Positions 7,819-17,930 of a DNA stretch of 64,000 nucleotides are shown piece after piece. The stretch's first letter is position 1, and every line of letters begins with the position of its first letter. This stretch comes from Bryobacterales bacterium (GTDB lineage Bacteria > Acidobacteriota > Terriglobia > Bryobacterales > Bryobacteraceae), in assembly GCA_963707465.1 (NCBI GenBank), contig CAVPQK010000028.1, forward strand, positions 33,638 through 97,637. Direction: 5' to 3'. The position numbers and the translations under genes were made by a program. The notes beneath the pieces were generated by a model. The model was not told the origin of the DNA, made no database searches, and saw nothing but the letters and a program-made list of their open reading frames with translations.

Positions 7819-9378
7819 TCATTCCGGCAGCGCCCAGGCGTACAGCACACCCTGTACGCCCTCCACCACGTATTGCCGGCCATCCAACTCGTACGTCATC
7901 GGCGAACTGACCATCGAACCGCCCGCGTTCACGTGCCATAGCGTCTTGCCCGTGGCCGGATCGAGCACCAGCAGGTTGCCTTGCGAATCGCCGGTGAACA
8001 GCACGTTGCCGGCGGTGGTCAGGATTCCCGCGGTGCTCTCGCCCGGACCCAACTCGTGGTTCCAGCGAATCTCGCCGGTGCGGTAATCGATGGCGCGCAG
8101 CGTGGACTCTTCATAGATATCGTGATCGCGCCCCGCCCAGCCCTCCGGCTTGCCCGTGGCGGTGTAATAAAAAATGCTGTACACGCGCCGCGCCACCACG
8201 TAGAACAAGCCCAAAGGCTGATCGAAACTGGGCGACATCCAATTGGTGGCGCCGTCGGAGCCGGGATACACCAGCCGTCCATCGGCGTGCGGCTCTTTTT
8301 CTTTGAGTGCCACCGGGCGGCCGCGCGCGTCGATGCCTGAAGTCCAGTTTGTGTCGATGAACGGCGCGGTCAGCAAATGCTCTCCGTTGGTCCGGTCGAG
8401 CACGAAGAAGAATCCGTTGCGGCTAGCCTGCGCCAGCAGCTTGCGCGGCTTGCCGGCGAAATCCGCGTCGAACAGCACCGGCGTCTCCACGGCGTCCCAA
8501 TCGTGCGTGTCGTGCGGCGAAGGCTGAAAGGACCATTTGAGCTTGCCCGTATCGGGATCCAGCGCCACGATGGAGCAGGTGTACAGGTTGTCGCCCGGGC
8601 GCGCATCGCCGGCCAGCACCGGATTCGGATTGCCCGTGCCCCAGTAGAGCAGATTGAGCGCGGGATCGTAAGTGCCCGTCATCCACGTCATGCCGCCGCC
8701 ATGGGTGATGGCGTCGCTATTGGCGGGCCAAGTCTCGGAGCCCGCCTCGCCGGGCCGCGGTTCCGTGTACCAGCGCCATTGCTGCTTGCCGGTCTCCGGG
8801 TCGACGGATTCCAGAAATCCGGGGATATCCGTGGCGTCTCCCGAGACGCCCGCAATTACGTGGTTGCCCACCACCAGCGGCGCCATGGTGGCGAAGTACC
8901 CGAGTTGCACGTCGGCCAGTACGATGTCCCACCGCACGCGCCCATCCTTAGCGTCCAGGCTGAGCAAATGCGCGTCCGGCGTTTCGAAGAACAGCCAGTT
9001 GCCCCACATGGCCAGGCCGCGATGGCCGATGTGGTCGCCGTCGGACTTCTTGTAGTGATAGTGCCAGACCTGCCGGCCGGTGCGCGCGTCGACCGCCCAC
9101 ACCTGCTCCGGCACGGTGAAGTACAGGATGCCGTTCACCTCCAGCGGTGTCGACTTAATGGCCGCCGAGTTGGCCTGGAAGGCCCAGGCCAGCGTCAACC
9201 GCTTGACGTTCGAAGCGTCGATCTGCTTGAGCGGGCTGTACCGGCGGCCGGTATAGTCGCCATTGTATGTCGGCCAGTTATCCGTGGGCGGTTTCAGCAG
9301 CGCGGCGGGATCCAACGCTTGCGCCAGCGTCGCGGCCGCGCTTGCGGCAATGCCGCCGCACAACGCCGCGCACCTCAT
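7819..9378 (-). CDS. PQQ-dependent (quinoprotein) dehydrogenase, 8-bladed beta-propeller
   Basis: ORF 7819..9522. Start preferred at ATG 9378 (MRCAALCGGIAASAAATLAQA signal), 8 nt after the cytochrome c stop. NWPTYNGDYTGRRYSPL, repeated W-docking motifs and YWGTGNPNP match the quinoprotein dehydrogenase family. Confidence 0.85.
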   Translation of the reverse strand: MRCAALCGGIAASAAATLAQALDPAALLKPPTDNWPTYNGDYTGRRYSPLKQIDASNVKRLTLAWAFQANSAAIKSTPLEVNGILYFTVPEQVWAVDARTGRQVWHYHYKKSDGDHIGHRGLAMWGNWLFFETPDAHLLSLDAKDGRVRWDIVLADVQLGYFATMAPLVVGNHVIAGVSGDATDIPGFLESVDPETGKQQWRWYTEPRPGEAGSETWPANSDAITHGGGMTWMTGTYDPALNLLYWGTGNPNPVLAGDARPGDNLYTCSIVALDPDTGKLKWSFQPSPHDTHDWDAVETPVLFDADFAGKPRKLLAQASRNGFFFVLDRTNGEHLLTAPFIDTNWTSGIDARGRPVALKEKEPHADGRLVYPGSDGATNWMSPSFDQPLGLFYVVARRVYSIFYYTATGKPEGWAGRDHDIYEESTLRAIDYRTGEIRWNHELGPGESTAGILTTAGNVLFTGDSQGNLLVLDPATGKTLWHVNAGGSMVSSPMTYELDGRQYVVEGVQGVLYAWALPE

Positions 9379-9386
9379 CCAGTTGT

Positions 9387-10133
9387 TCACTTCAGGGTCT
9401 CCAAATAGGCAAATAGATTGTGGATGTCCGCATCCGTGTACTTCGTCAGCATGTCCCGGTGGGCCTGCAGCGGATCGTTGACGCTGACCTTCACCTGGTC
9501 GCGCGGCCAGGAGTGATACCAACCGCCCGCGTCGTGCAGGGACACCGAAAAATCGTCCAGGTGGTCCAACTTGCCGCTAACTTGTTCGCCGGAAGGCGTG
9601 GTCACCGTGACGGTGACGGGCTTTGGGCGCGGGGCGAGGATGTGCTCCTCCAGATAGAGCGGCGCATACTTCTTCGCGATGCCCGCGAGATCGCCTGTTG
9701 GCGAATGGCACGTCGCGCACTTCCCTGCCCCGTTGAAATAAGCGCGGCCAGCATCGGCGTTACCGGTGAGCAGGCGCTCCAGCGGATAATCGCCGCCCAC
9801 GTGCGAGCTCTTGGCGGCCTGCACGACCCGCATATGCAGAAACGCCACAATATCCTGAATCGTGTTGTCCGGCAGCGGCAGCGCGGGCATGCCCTTGTCC
9901 GGGCGCCCGCTGCGAATCACGGGCCCGATCAGGTCGCCGCTCAAGTCCTTGTTCACCAGCGGCGAGCGCACCAGGTCGGGCGCGCGCGCGCCCGTGGCGT
10001 CGTCGCCGTGGCAGAAGCCGCAGGATTGCTCGAACTCCTTTTGTCCGCGCGCGGCGGGCGCGTGCTGCTGCGCGAATGCCGCGAGCGAAACCACCAACCA
10101 TGCGGCGCAAGAATAGACGATAGAGCGGATCAT
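9387..10133 (-). CDS. Dihaem c-type cytochrome, secreted
   Basis: Signal peptide and two CXXCH motifs (CGFCH, CATCH). Immediately upstream of and co-oriented with the quinoprotein dehydrogenase. Confidence 0.85.
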   Translation of the reverse strand: MIRSIVYSCAAWLVVSLAAFAQQHAPAARGQKEFEQSCGFCHGDDATGARAPDLVRSPLVNKDLSGDLIGPVIRSGRPDKGMPALPLPDNTIQDIVAFLHMRVVQAAKSSHVGGDYPLERLLTGNADAGRAYFNGAGKCATCHSPTGDLAGIAKKYAPLYLEEHILAPRPKPVTVTVTTPSGEQVSGKLDHLDDFSVSLHDAGGWYHSWPRDQVKVSVNDPLQAHRDMLTKYTDADIHNLFAYLETLK

Positions 10134-10185
10134 GGGATACCTTCATGTTGCCACAACGGAGGTTCCTCTGCGAACATGGGCAGAC

Positions 10186-11622
10186 ATGGCTTTTTTACGA
10201 ATCTCCGGCGCGGTGGCCGCCGCTTTATTTCTACCGCTGGCTTCGAGCGCGCAGCTTGACGACGCCACCCGCAGGCTCTCCCACGACATCTTTCGCCAGT
10301 TGATCGAAATCAACACCACCGATTCCGTGGGCAGCACCACCGTGGCCGCCGAAGCCATGCGCCGGCGCCTGCTGGACGCCGGGTTCGATCCGGCCGATGC
10401 CCGGGTCCTGGGACCCAACGATCGTAAAGGGAACCTGGTGGCGCGCCTGCACGGCACGGGCGCGCACCGGCCACTGCTGATCATCGGCCACATCGATGTG
10501 GTGGAAGCGCGCCGCGAAGACTGGACCACCAATCCCTTTGAATTCGTCGAAAAGGACGGCTACTTCTACGGACGCGGCACGCAGGATATGAAGGTCTCCG
10601 ACGCCGCCGCGGTCACCACCTTCATCCGCTTCAAGCGCGAAAACTACCGGCCCGATCGCGACATCATCCTGGCGCTGACCGCCGACGAGGAGGGCGGCAA
10701 ATCGAATGGCGTCGATTGGCTGCTGCGCAACCATCGCGACATGGTGGATGCCGAATTCGCGCTGAACCCGGATTCGGGCGGGGTCACTTCCGTCGACGGC
10801 AAACCACTGAACCTGGACGTCGAGGCCAGCGAAAAGCTGTACGCCGACTTCCAGTTGACCGCCACCAATCCGGGCGGCCACAGCTCGCTGCCCAAACCAG
10901 ACAATGCCATTTACCACATTGCGGACGCGCTGGCCCGCCTGGAGCGCTCGCCGTTCCCTTTCGAGTTGAACGAGGTGACCCGGACTTACTTCGAACGCCG
11001 CGCCGCGCTCGAAACCGGACAAACCGCCGATGACATGCGGGCAATTCTGCGCACGCCACCCGCCGCGGACGCGATCGTCCGCCTGTCGCGCGATGCCCGC
11101 TACAACTCGACGGTGCGCACCACCTGCGTGGCCACGCGGCTCAGCGGCGGCCACGCCAATAATGCCTTGCCGCAACTGGCGCAGGCCAACGTGAACTGCC
11201 GCATCCTGCCCGGCCACTCGGCGGAGGAAATCCGGCAGAAGCTGATCGCGATTTTCGCGGACCCCCAGGTCATCGTCCGTTTCGTGGATGGCGCCTACAA
11301 CATTTCCGACCGCGCGCCCGACAAGAAAGCGTTTCCGCCCATCTTGCCCAAGCCCGCCATCCTGCAGCCGCTGGAACGCGTGGCCGCGCAAATGTGGCCG
11401 GGGCTGCCGGTGATTCCGGACATGGAAACAGGCGCCTCTGACAGCATCTACACCATCGCCGCCGGAATTCCCACCTGCGGCGTGAATGGTGTGGCCATCG
11501 ATCAGGACGATATCCGTGCGCACGGCAAGGATGAGCGGGTGCGCATCGCCGCCTTCTACGACGGAGTGGATTTTTTCTACCGCTACCTGAAGGAACTCAC
11601 CCGGGAACCGGGCAAGCCGTGA
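10186..11622 (+). CDS. M20/M25/M40-family metallopeptidase, secreted
   Basis: ORF 10132..11622. Start preferred at ATG 10186 (MAFLRISGAVAAALFLPLASSAQ signal). LLIIGHIDVV, GRGTQDMK and LTADEEGG motifs. Confidence 0.8.
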   Translation: MAFLRISGAVAAALFLPLASSAQLDDATRRLSHDIFRQLIEINTTDSVGSTTVAAEAMRRRLLDAGFDPADARVLGPNDRKGNLVARLHGTGAHRPLLIIGHIDVVEARREDWTTNPFEFVEKDGYFYGRGTQDMKVSDAAAVTTFIRFKRENYRPDRDIILALTADEEGGKSNGVDWLLRNHRDMVDAEFALNPDSGGVTSVDGKPLNLDVEASEKLYADFQLTATNPGGHSSLPKPDNAIYHIADALARLERSPFPFELNEVTRTYFERRAALETGQTADDMRAILRTPPAADAIVRLSRDARYNSTVRTTCVATRLSGGHANNALPQLAQANVNCRILPGHSAEEIRQKLIAIFADPQVIVRFVDGAYNISDRAPDKKAFPPILPKPAILQPLERVAAQMWPGLPVIPDMETGASDSIYTIAAGIPTCGVNGVAIDQDDIRAHGKDERVRIAAFYDGVDFFYRYLKELTREPGKP

Positions 11623-11643
11623 TCCGTGAAGCGGCGCTATACG

Positions 11644-14600
11644 TCACGCTACTTCCCCGACAGGCTCGGAGCAGGCTTCCTCGATGGCGGCGAGAAGCAG
11701 GCTCGACTTGACGGGCTTGGCCAAGTAGCCGTCCATGCCAGCCCGACGGCAGCGTTCTTCGTCGCCCTTCATGGCCTCCGCCGTCATGGCAATGACAGGA
11801 AGGTGCCGGCCCGTTCCCTTTTCCCTTTCGCGAAGCGCCGCGGTGGCCTCCAGGCCGTCCATTTCCGGCATGTGCACGTCCATCAGCACGAGGTTAAAAG
11901 ACTGCTGGGCGAGCCGGTCTAAGGCCTCCCGGCCATTGCCCGCGGTAACCACCGTGTGACCATGCTTCTCCAGGAGCATCTGGGCAAGGAGTTGATTGAC
12001 GGCGTTATCCTCCACAAGAAGAATTCGCAGCGGGCGGGAGCCTTTCCCTTCCACCGTTTGGTGTGGTTGGCTGGGCGCGGCCTCGATAGGAGAGTCCGGC
12101 CGGTTCCCCTGGCTCATGATTTGTAATAGCGCTTTCCGCAGCTCGGCACGACGCACGGGCTTGGTCAGGTAACTGGCAATGCCGGCCTCGCGGCAGCGAG
12201 CCACGTGCTGGACCTGATCGGCGGAAGTCAGCATCATGATCAGGATGGAGTGGGCCAACTCCGGATCCTGCTGAACTTGCTGTGCCAGGGCGAACCCGTC
12301 GGTTTCCGGCATACACGCATCGGTGAACATCAGGCGGAACGGTTCCCCTGCCGCGGCGGCCTGCCGGAGCGCTTCAAGCGCGGTGGCCGCGCTGCCCGCT
12401 TCACCCACGGTCATGCCCCAGTGCCGCAGCGTTTCCGAAAGAATTCGCCGATTCGTGGCATTGTCATCCACCACCAGGACAGGAATCCCCTGCAGAGATT
12501 CCATTTCGAGAGCCGGGAGGGTGACCGCCGGGGACCCGGGCTGGACCTGGACCGTGAAATGAAAGCGGGTGCCCTGGCCGGCTTCGCTCTCCACCCAGAT
12601 CTCGCCGCCCAACAGCGCGATCAGCCGTGAGGAAATCGTAAGACCCAGGCCCGTCCCTCCGTACCTGCGCGTGGTCGACGTGTCCGCCTGGGAGAAGGCC
12701 TCGAAGATGAGCTTCTGTTTTTCCGGCGGAATGCCGATGCCCGTGTCGCTCATAGTGAACTGCAAAGTGACGCCGCCGGCGGACTCGCTCACCTTTGCCA
12801 CGCGCAAGCTCACTTCTCCCTGTTCGGTGAATTTCAGCGCGTTGCCGGCCAGATTGGTGATCACCTGGCGGAGGCGGATGGGGTCTGCGTGCACCACAGC
12901 CGGCGTATCCGGCCGCACCTCGCAGGTCAGCTCGATCCCTTTCTTCGAAGCCTGCAGGGCAAAGGACTTGACGGCCTCTTCCACGCAGTCGTTCAGGTCG
13001 AAGTCGATGGCGTCCATCTCCAGCTTGCCGGCTTCGATTTTGGAGAAGTCGAGGACATCGTTGATGACCGTGAGGAGAGCCTCGGCCGAGTTGCCGGCTA
13101 TGCGCAGGCATTCGGCCTGTTGGGGCGGCTGGGTATGTTGCGCCAACTCAATCATGCCCATCACTCCGTTCATGGGAGTACGGATTTCATGGCTCATGTT
13201 GGCGAGAAACTCGCTCTTGGCCCGGCTGGCAGCCTCCGCCGCATCCTTTAATGCGGCGGCCTGCGCCAACTGGCGGCGGATCGTCTCGGTCTGCCGGTTC
13301 ACCCGTTTTCGCAACACTGCCACCCAGGAAAGCACGGCCAGGGTGGCCGCCGACAGCAGACCGAGAACGGACAGGGCATGGCTTGCGGTCCACCAGGACG
13401 GGCTCCGTAGAACGACCACATCCCGGGGTGAACGGAGCAGGATTCGAAACGATTTGGGGCGGGCGGTGCCTTCCTGCCTGGCGGTCGCCTCGGCGTCCAC
13501 TTGCACAGAACAGATTCCGGTCACGCTGAGCCGGCTGCCTTCCTTCCAGACGGGCGTCGCAATGCGCGCGCCGCCGGGCAGGACCGCTGCAAACAGATAA
13601 CCTCCCGACGACAAGACCAAAGTGGGATCCTTGGCCACCGGGTCCTTCTCAAATAACGTGCCCTCAATCTGAACCAGTCGCGCGTCGTAGTCGCCGTCAA
13701 AGGCCTGCTGGGCCGTGACCATCCTGGAAATCATCGGTGGCCCGGTACGCGCTCGTCTGAAGATGGCCTCCGTCAATGTGGGATGGTAATCGCCGGCGGC
13801 GGGGAAGCCCACCACATCCGTCAGTTCTCCTGGATGGGCGGGCGCGGTTTCGGCCGTGGCGGCGCACAGCCCCGCCCCACCGTCCTGCAGGCAGATCAAT
13901 TGACCGGGCCACTGCAACGTTATCCTGCCTTGAATATGCGTTCGATGGCCGACCCCAACGCCGGCGGCATAGTGCAACAGGCCGCCAATCGGACGGATGG
14001 GCAATGCGAAGGGATCGACTGGCGCTTTTTCCTCGACTATTATGCCGGCGAACGCCGGAAAGAACAGGCGCGTACCGACCATCTGGCGTTCCCGATTGAA
14101 CAGAGGCGCCGCGTTTGCGCGCAGAAGGATCTTGGCGTCCACCAATCCGGCGTAGTTGGCGCCTTTTTCCGCCACCGTGGTTGCGCGGATCATGCCATCG
14201 TCCAAGGCCAGGCCCAGGGCCACGTTTCCGCTTAGGCGCGTCACGGAATGCACCACGCCTTCAACCTCTATCCACTGTCCATCGTGCGCCCCGGTGAGCA
14301 GGTTCGCGAGGCTGACGCGGGGAGCTGTGTCCGGCAGCCGGGACTCTCCCACCACGCTGACCACGGCCCGATCGACAATCGGCGCGAAGTCCCCTGGCCC
14401 GCTGACACCCACCACATCAACCAGGGTGCCCGCTTTTACGGGCTGAATCGACCGGGAAGGAACCGCGACAAAGACCCCGCCGCTGGCATCGTGCACGAAA
14501 AGCGCCCCATGCCGTTTATCGACATACGGATCATAGTAGGTCACGACCGCCCGCAGATGGACCGGGTAGGCCCGGGCGGCCCTTTCGGCTGTGAGGCTGT

Positions 14601-14757
14601 GTACTTCGCGCGCGGTAGTCAAGACTCCCAAGTTGCTTGGCCGTCCCAGCGGCGCCTGGCCGCACACCGCCGCCAGGCTTACCAGCAACAGGGAGGGCGC
14701 CAGAACCGGGAGTCGCCCCGGAGCCCGCGTCCATTGAACGCCGTTTCTGTTCGTCAT
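11644..14757 (-). CDS. Hybrid sensor histidine kinase with large periplasmic domain and two receiver domains
   Basis: 1037-aa ORF. Signal/TM, ~430-aa extracytoplasmic region, TM (ALSVLGLLSAATLAVLSWVAVL), H-box FLANMSHEIRTPMNGV, HATPase GGTGLGLTISSRL, REC1 VLVVDDNATNRRIL..DACMPETDG, REC2 ILLVEDNAVNQLL..VLMDVHMPEMDG. Confidence 0.9.
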   Translation of the reverse strand: MTNRNGVQWTRAPGRLPVLAPSLLLVSLAAVCGQAPLGRPSNLGVLTTAREVHSLTAERAARAYPVHLRAVVTYYDPYVDKRHGALFVHDASGGVFVAVPSRSIQPVKAGTLVDVVGVSGPGDFAPIVDRAVVSVVGESRLPDTAPRVSLANLLTGAHDGQWIEVEGVVHSVTRLSGNVALGLALDDGMIRATTVAEKGANYAGLVDAKILLRANAAPLFNRERQMVGTRLFFPAFAGIIVEEKAPVDPFALPIRPIGGLLHYAAGVGVGHRTHIQGRITLQWPGQLICLQDGGAGLCAATAETAPAHPGELTDVVGFPAAGDYHPTLTEAIFRRARTGPPMISRMVTAQQAFDGDYDARLVQIEGTLFEKDPVAKDPTLVLSSGGYLFAAVLPGGARIATPVWKEGSRLSVTGICSVQVDAEATARQEGTARPKSFRILLRSPRDVVVLRSPSWWTASHALSVLGLLSAATLAVLSWVAVLRKRVNRQTETIRRQLAQAAALKDAAEAASRAKSEFLANMSHEIRTPMNGVMGMIELAQHTQPPQQAECLRIAGNSAEALLTVINDVLDFSKIEAGKLEMDAIDFDLNDCVEEAVKSFALQASKKGIELTCEVRPDTPAVVHADPIRLRQVITNLAGNALKFTEQGEVSLRVAKVSESAGGVTLQFTMSDTGIGIPPEKQKLIFEAFSQADTSTTRRYGGTGLGLTISSRLIALLGGEIWVESEAGQGTRFHFTVQVQPGSPAVTLPALEMESLQGIPVLVVDDNATNRRILSETLRHWGMTVGEAGSAATALEALRQAAAAGEPFRLMFTDACMPETDGFALAQQVQQDPELAHSILIMMLTSADQVQHVARCREAGIASYLTKPVRRAELRKALLQIMSQGNRPDSPIEAAPSQPHQTVEGKGSRPLRILLVEDNAVNQLLAQMLLEKHGHTVVTAGNGREALDRLAQQSFNLVLMDVHMPEMDGLEATAALREREKGTGRHLPVIAMTAEAMKGDEERCRRAGMDGYLAKPVKSSLLLAAIEEACSEPVGEVA

Positions 14758-14941
14758 GTTTTCCCGCCGAAGTCAGCTACCGGCACACTCTCCCGTTCCC
14801 GCGATGCAGGTCTTCCGGGCGTCGCTCTTCTTCATCGACGGTCTACTGCCGGAACTGTAGGGCGTGCATGGGTATTCTGCCCCGCATTGGCGGGCGTCCT
14901 TCCCCACAGGGATCCCCACGAAGTACGATGAGAGCAGCGGT

Positions 14942-16666
14942 ATGAATACGTGTTCTCTGGCGCTTGCCGCGCTAGTTCTCTGCTCCTCCCGGGTGGCCTC
15001 GGCACAAACGGCGGTAGTGACGGGCGAAGCGGAGGTGTCGACGCGCGACGAGCCCGTGACATTCAAGGTCGAGAGCAACCTGGTGGAGGTACCCGTCGTG
15101 GTGCGGGACCGCCAGGGGCGTGCGGTGGGGAATCTCCGCAAGGAGGATTTCCGCATTTTGGACAAAGGCAAGCCGCAGGAGATCAGCAAGTTCTCGGTGC
15201 AGAGGGCGGCCCAGGCGACGGCGCCGGAATCGCGCGCGGCAGGCGCCCCGGCTGAAGACGGCCATGCGCCGGCCTCCGGGAACGGGGCCGTTGCGCCTCC
15301 GGCGATGCCCAATCATTTCGTCGCCTTTGTTTTCGACGACGTCAATATCCGCTTTGAAGACTTGCCGCAGGTGCGCGCGGCAGTCGGGAGATATATACGG
15401 TCGTCGATCGGGCCGCAAGACCGCGTGGCTCTCTATACCACGTCGGGCCGGATCGGCGTGGATTTCACCGATAATCCGGAGGCTCTCAGCGGGCCTCTGC
15501 TTAAAATCGCCCCGGTTCCCATCGGGGCGCCCAGCTTTGGCACCTGCGGGACGTACGTGAGTTATTTTCAGGCGGCGCAGATCGACGAGCAGGTAGGGCT
15601 CGAGCCCTTCCCGTCCGATGCCCAGAAATGTCTGGCGTTAAGAGTGGCGATCGAGGAATTCGGGGACTTCCATACCGCCTTGCAGTATGTGCGCGATGCT
15701 TACACCAGCGGGCTGCAGGAGACGCGGGCGGCGTTGGCGGCGCTCAAGATCGTGGTCGAGCGCATGGCGGCGATGCCGGGACAACGGAGCGTGGTTTTCG
15801 TGTCTCCCGGCTTGTTTGTTCCAGCGGATCTGCGGAACGCGAGCTCCGATCTGACGGCGCTGGCCATTCGATCCAAGGTGCTGATCGGCTCTATTAACGC
15901 GCGGGGAGTCTGGACCGTGCCGGAATACGATGCGTGCCGGCCAGGCGCACCCGCACAGGGGGTCCAGGACGAAGTGGCGTTCCGGACGCTGGAAGCCGAG
16001 GCTATCACGGACGAGCTGATCGCGTTGGCTGAGGACACCGGGGGCACGCTAAACCTCGACAACGATTTCGATGGCGGGGTGCGGAAAGCGACGGCGACGC
16101 CGGAGTATCTTTACGTGCTGGGTTTCGTGCCGCAGAACCTGAAAAACGATGGCCGCTTCCATGCGCTGAAGGTCACGCTCAGCTCGGACGGGCATGCCAC
16201 CCTGCAGGCGCGCCGCGGGTACTGGGCGCCGAACCACGCGGAGGATCCCGTGGAGGCCTTGAGGCAGGAGATGGAGAGCGCGGTGTTCGCGCGCGAAGAG
16301 ATCCACAACCTTCCCGTGGAAATGCATACGCGGGTGACCAAGACCGGCGATGCGGAGAAGCTGAACGTGCTGGCCAGCGTGGATCTGAAGCAGATTCACC
16401 TGCGCAAGGTGGACGACCGCAACCGGAACGATGTGGTCATTGTGACGGCAGTGTTCGACGCCAACGGCATCTTCATCGCCGGTACGCAGAAGACCTTGCA
16501 GCTTCGCCTGCGCGACGAGACGGTACGGGGGCTGGAGCAGAAACCGCCCGTGACGATCGAGACGCTCTTCGACATGCGGCCCGGCAGTTACCTGGTCCGG
16601 CTGGTCGCGCGCGATGCCGAGGGCCAGCAGATTACGGCGGAAAATGCGGCGGTACAGATTCCGTAG
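14942..16666 (+). CDS. VWA-domain protein, Acidobacterial VWFA-related type (TIGR03436-like)
   Basis: ORF 14864..16666. Start at ATG 14942 (MNTCSLALAALVLCSSRVASAQ). FKVESNLVEVPVVVRDRQGRAVGNLRKEDFRILDKGKPQEI is the signature N-terminal block of this family. C-terminal RGYWAP motif. Confidence 0.8.
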   Translation: MNTCSLALAALVLCSSRVASAQTAVVTGEAEVSTRDEPVTFKVESNLVEVPVVVRDRQGRAVGNLRKEDFRILDKGKPQEISKFSVQRAAQATAPESRAAGAPAEDGHAPASGNGAVAPPAMPNHFVAFVFDDVNIRFEDLPQVRAAVGRYIRSSIGPQDRVALYTTSGRIGVDFTDNPEALSGPLLKIAPVPIGAPSFGTCGTYVSYFQAAQIDEQVGLEPFPSDAQKCLALRVAIEEFGDFHTALQYVRDAYTSGLQETRAALAALKIVVERMAAMPGQRSVVFVSPGLFVPADLRNASSDLTALAIRSKVLIGSINARGVWTVPEYDACRPGAPAQGVQDEVAFRTLEAEAITDELIALAEDTGGTLNLDNDFDGGVRKATATPEYLYVLGFVPQNLKNDGRFHALKVTLSSDGHATLQARRGYWAPNHAEDPVEALRQEMESAVFAREEIHNLPVEMHTRVTKTGDAEKLNVLASVDLKQIHLRKVDDRNRNDVVIVTAVFDANGIFIAGTQKTLQLRLRDETVRGLEQKPPVTIETLFDMRPGSYLVRLVARDAEGQQITAENAAVQIP

Positions 16667-16688
16667 CATATTGCGAAGGAGGCTGAGC

Positions 16689-17729
16689 ATGCGAGCGACG
16701 ATGCTATTGGTTGCGGCCCTGGGTTCGCTGGCGGCCATGGGCGCACAGGTACAGTCCGGCGAGACTTTTGAGGCGGGCGTGACCATGATTCAAGTGCCGG
16801 TGGTGGTACGCGACCACGATGGCCATTTTGTCGGCAACCTGGGCAAGGACGACTTTCAACTCTTCGACAATGGCAAGCGGCAGGAGATCGCCAGCTTCTC
16901 GCTGGAGAGGACCGGCCAGATGGCTCCCGACCGGTCGTTGCCCGATGGCGGCGCTCCCGCGCCCAAGGCGGGCGGAACGGGGATGGCGATTCCGACGCGG
17001 TTCGTCACATACTTTTTCGATGACCTCACTATCCGGGATCCAGGCGATCTGAAGCGCATCCGGGATGCGGCCACCGAGCAGCTCGGCGGGTTGCAGCCGG
17101 GCGACCGCGCGGCTATCTTCACTTCGTCATGCCGCGTGGAGCTGGATTTCACAAGCGATCGGCAGAAGCTGCAGGAGGCGGTCGCGCGCATGCAATTGCG
17201 GCCCGCGCCGGTGTGCCGGGTGTCGCAGAGCCAGACGCTGCAGATAGAGCTGTTGAAAGCGATCGTAGGCAAGATGGCGAATCTGCCCGGGCGGCGGGAC
17301 ATCATCCTGACCTCGTCCGGTTTCCATACCGGGCCCAATCGCCCGTATGAGGAGCCGGAACTGATCGAGGCCGCCATCCGCGCGAAGGTGTCGATCAACG
17401 CGGTGGATACCGGCGAGGCGACCGATTTCACAGGCGCTGGCGCCGCCAGCGCCATGGGCTCGAACCGGCCGCCGCGATACGATAACGGAACGAATCCGAT
17501 CGTGCTGGTGAATCTGGCGCATGGCACCGGCGGGGCCTACGTCACCGGCAACGACTTCACCTCGAGCTTCCGCAAGCTGGCGACGCCGGAGAGCCACTAT
17601 GTGCTGGGCTTCGTTCCTACCGGCAAGGCGGACGGGCGGTTTCATCAATTAAAGGTGAAGCTGGAGAATGCGCATAAGCTGACCGTCGAGGCGCGCAACG
17701 GGTACTATGCAGCGCCGCGTGCGGAGTGA
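16689..17729 (+). CDS. VWA-domain protein, Acidobacterial VWFA-related type (second copy)
   Basis: ORF 16614..17729. ATG 16689 preceded by AGGAGG. FEAGVTMIQVPVVVRDHDGHFVGNLGKDDFQLFDNGKRQEI..ARNGYYA parallels the upstream gene. Confidence 0.8.
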   Translation: MRATMLLVAALGSLAAMGAQVQSGETFEAGVTMIQVPVVVRDHDGHFVGNLGKDDFQLFDNGKRQEIASFSLERTGQMAPDRSLPDGGAPAPKAGGTGMAIPTRFVTYFFDDLTIRDPGDLKRIRDAATEQLGGLQPGDRAAIFTSSCRVELDFTSDRQKLQEAVARMQLRPAPVCRVSQSQTLQIELLKAIVGKMANLPGRRDIILTSSGFHTGPNRPYEEPELIEAAIRAKVSINAVDTGEATDFTGAGAASAMGSNRPPRYDNGTNPIVLVNLAHGTGGAYVTGNDFTSSFRKLATPESHYVLGFVPTGKADGRFHQLKVKLENAHKLTVEARNGYYAAPRAE

Positions 17730-17930
17730 GGGGTTTATATCGGCTACCGCTGGATTACGACGCTGACGACAGGATGCGTGGGGTGGGCGATTAAAACAGG
17801 TTCAGCAGGTCGTAGCTATGCCCAACGATCGGGCGTACCAGCAGGCGGCGGCCAAGACGGGTCACCCGGAATGGAGCTTCAACGCCGTGGATCTTTGTGG
17901 CGGCGGCCACGCAGATCGATTGTGCCGCAC

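Noticed and set aside
8377-9408. 343-aa plus-strand ORF, plus similar long antisense ORFs at 3537..4457, 6217..7053, 10231..11523, 16049..16786, 18444..19565 and 21407..22477
   Set aside because: All lie opposite genes with strong family signatures. They show Arg/Gly/His-rich low-information sequence and are high-GC frame shadows.
9379-9522. N-terminal extension of the quinoprotein dehydrogenase ORF (also 47597..48043 for the nucleotidyltransferase, 23593..23733 for hemD and 46807..46932 for the methyltransferase)
   Set aside because: The extensions overlap the upstream gene and are Arg/Pro-rich. Internal starts give proper signal peptides or conserved N-termini and tight ATGA-type junctions.
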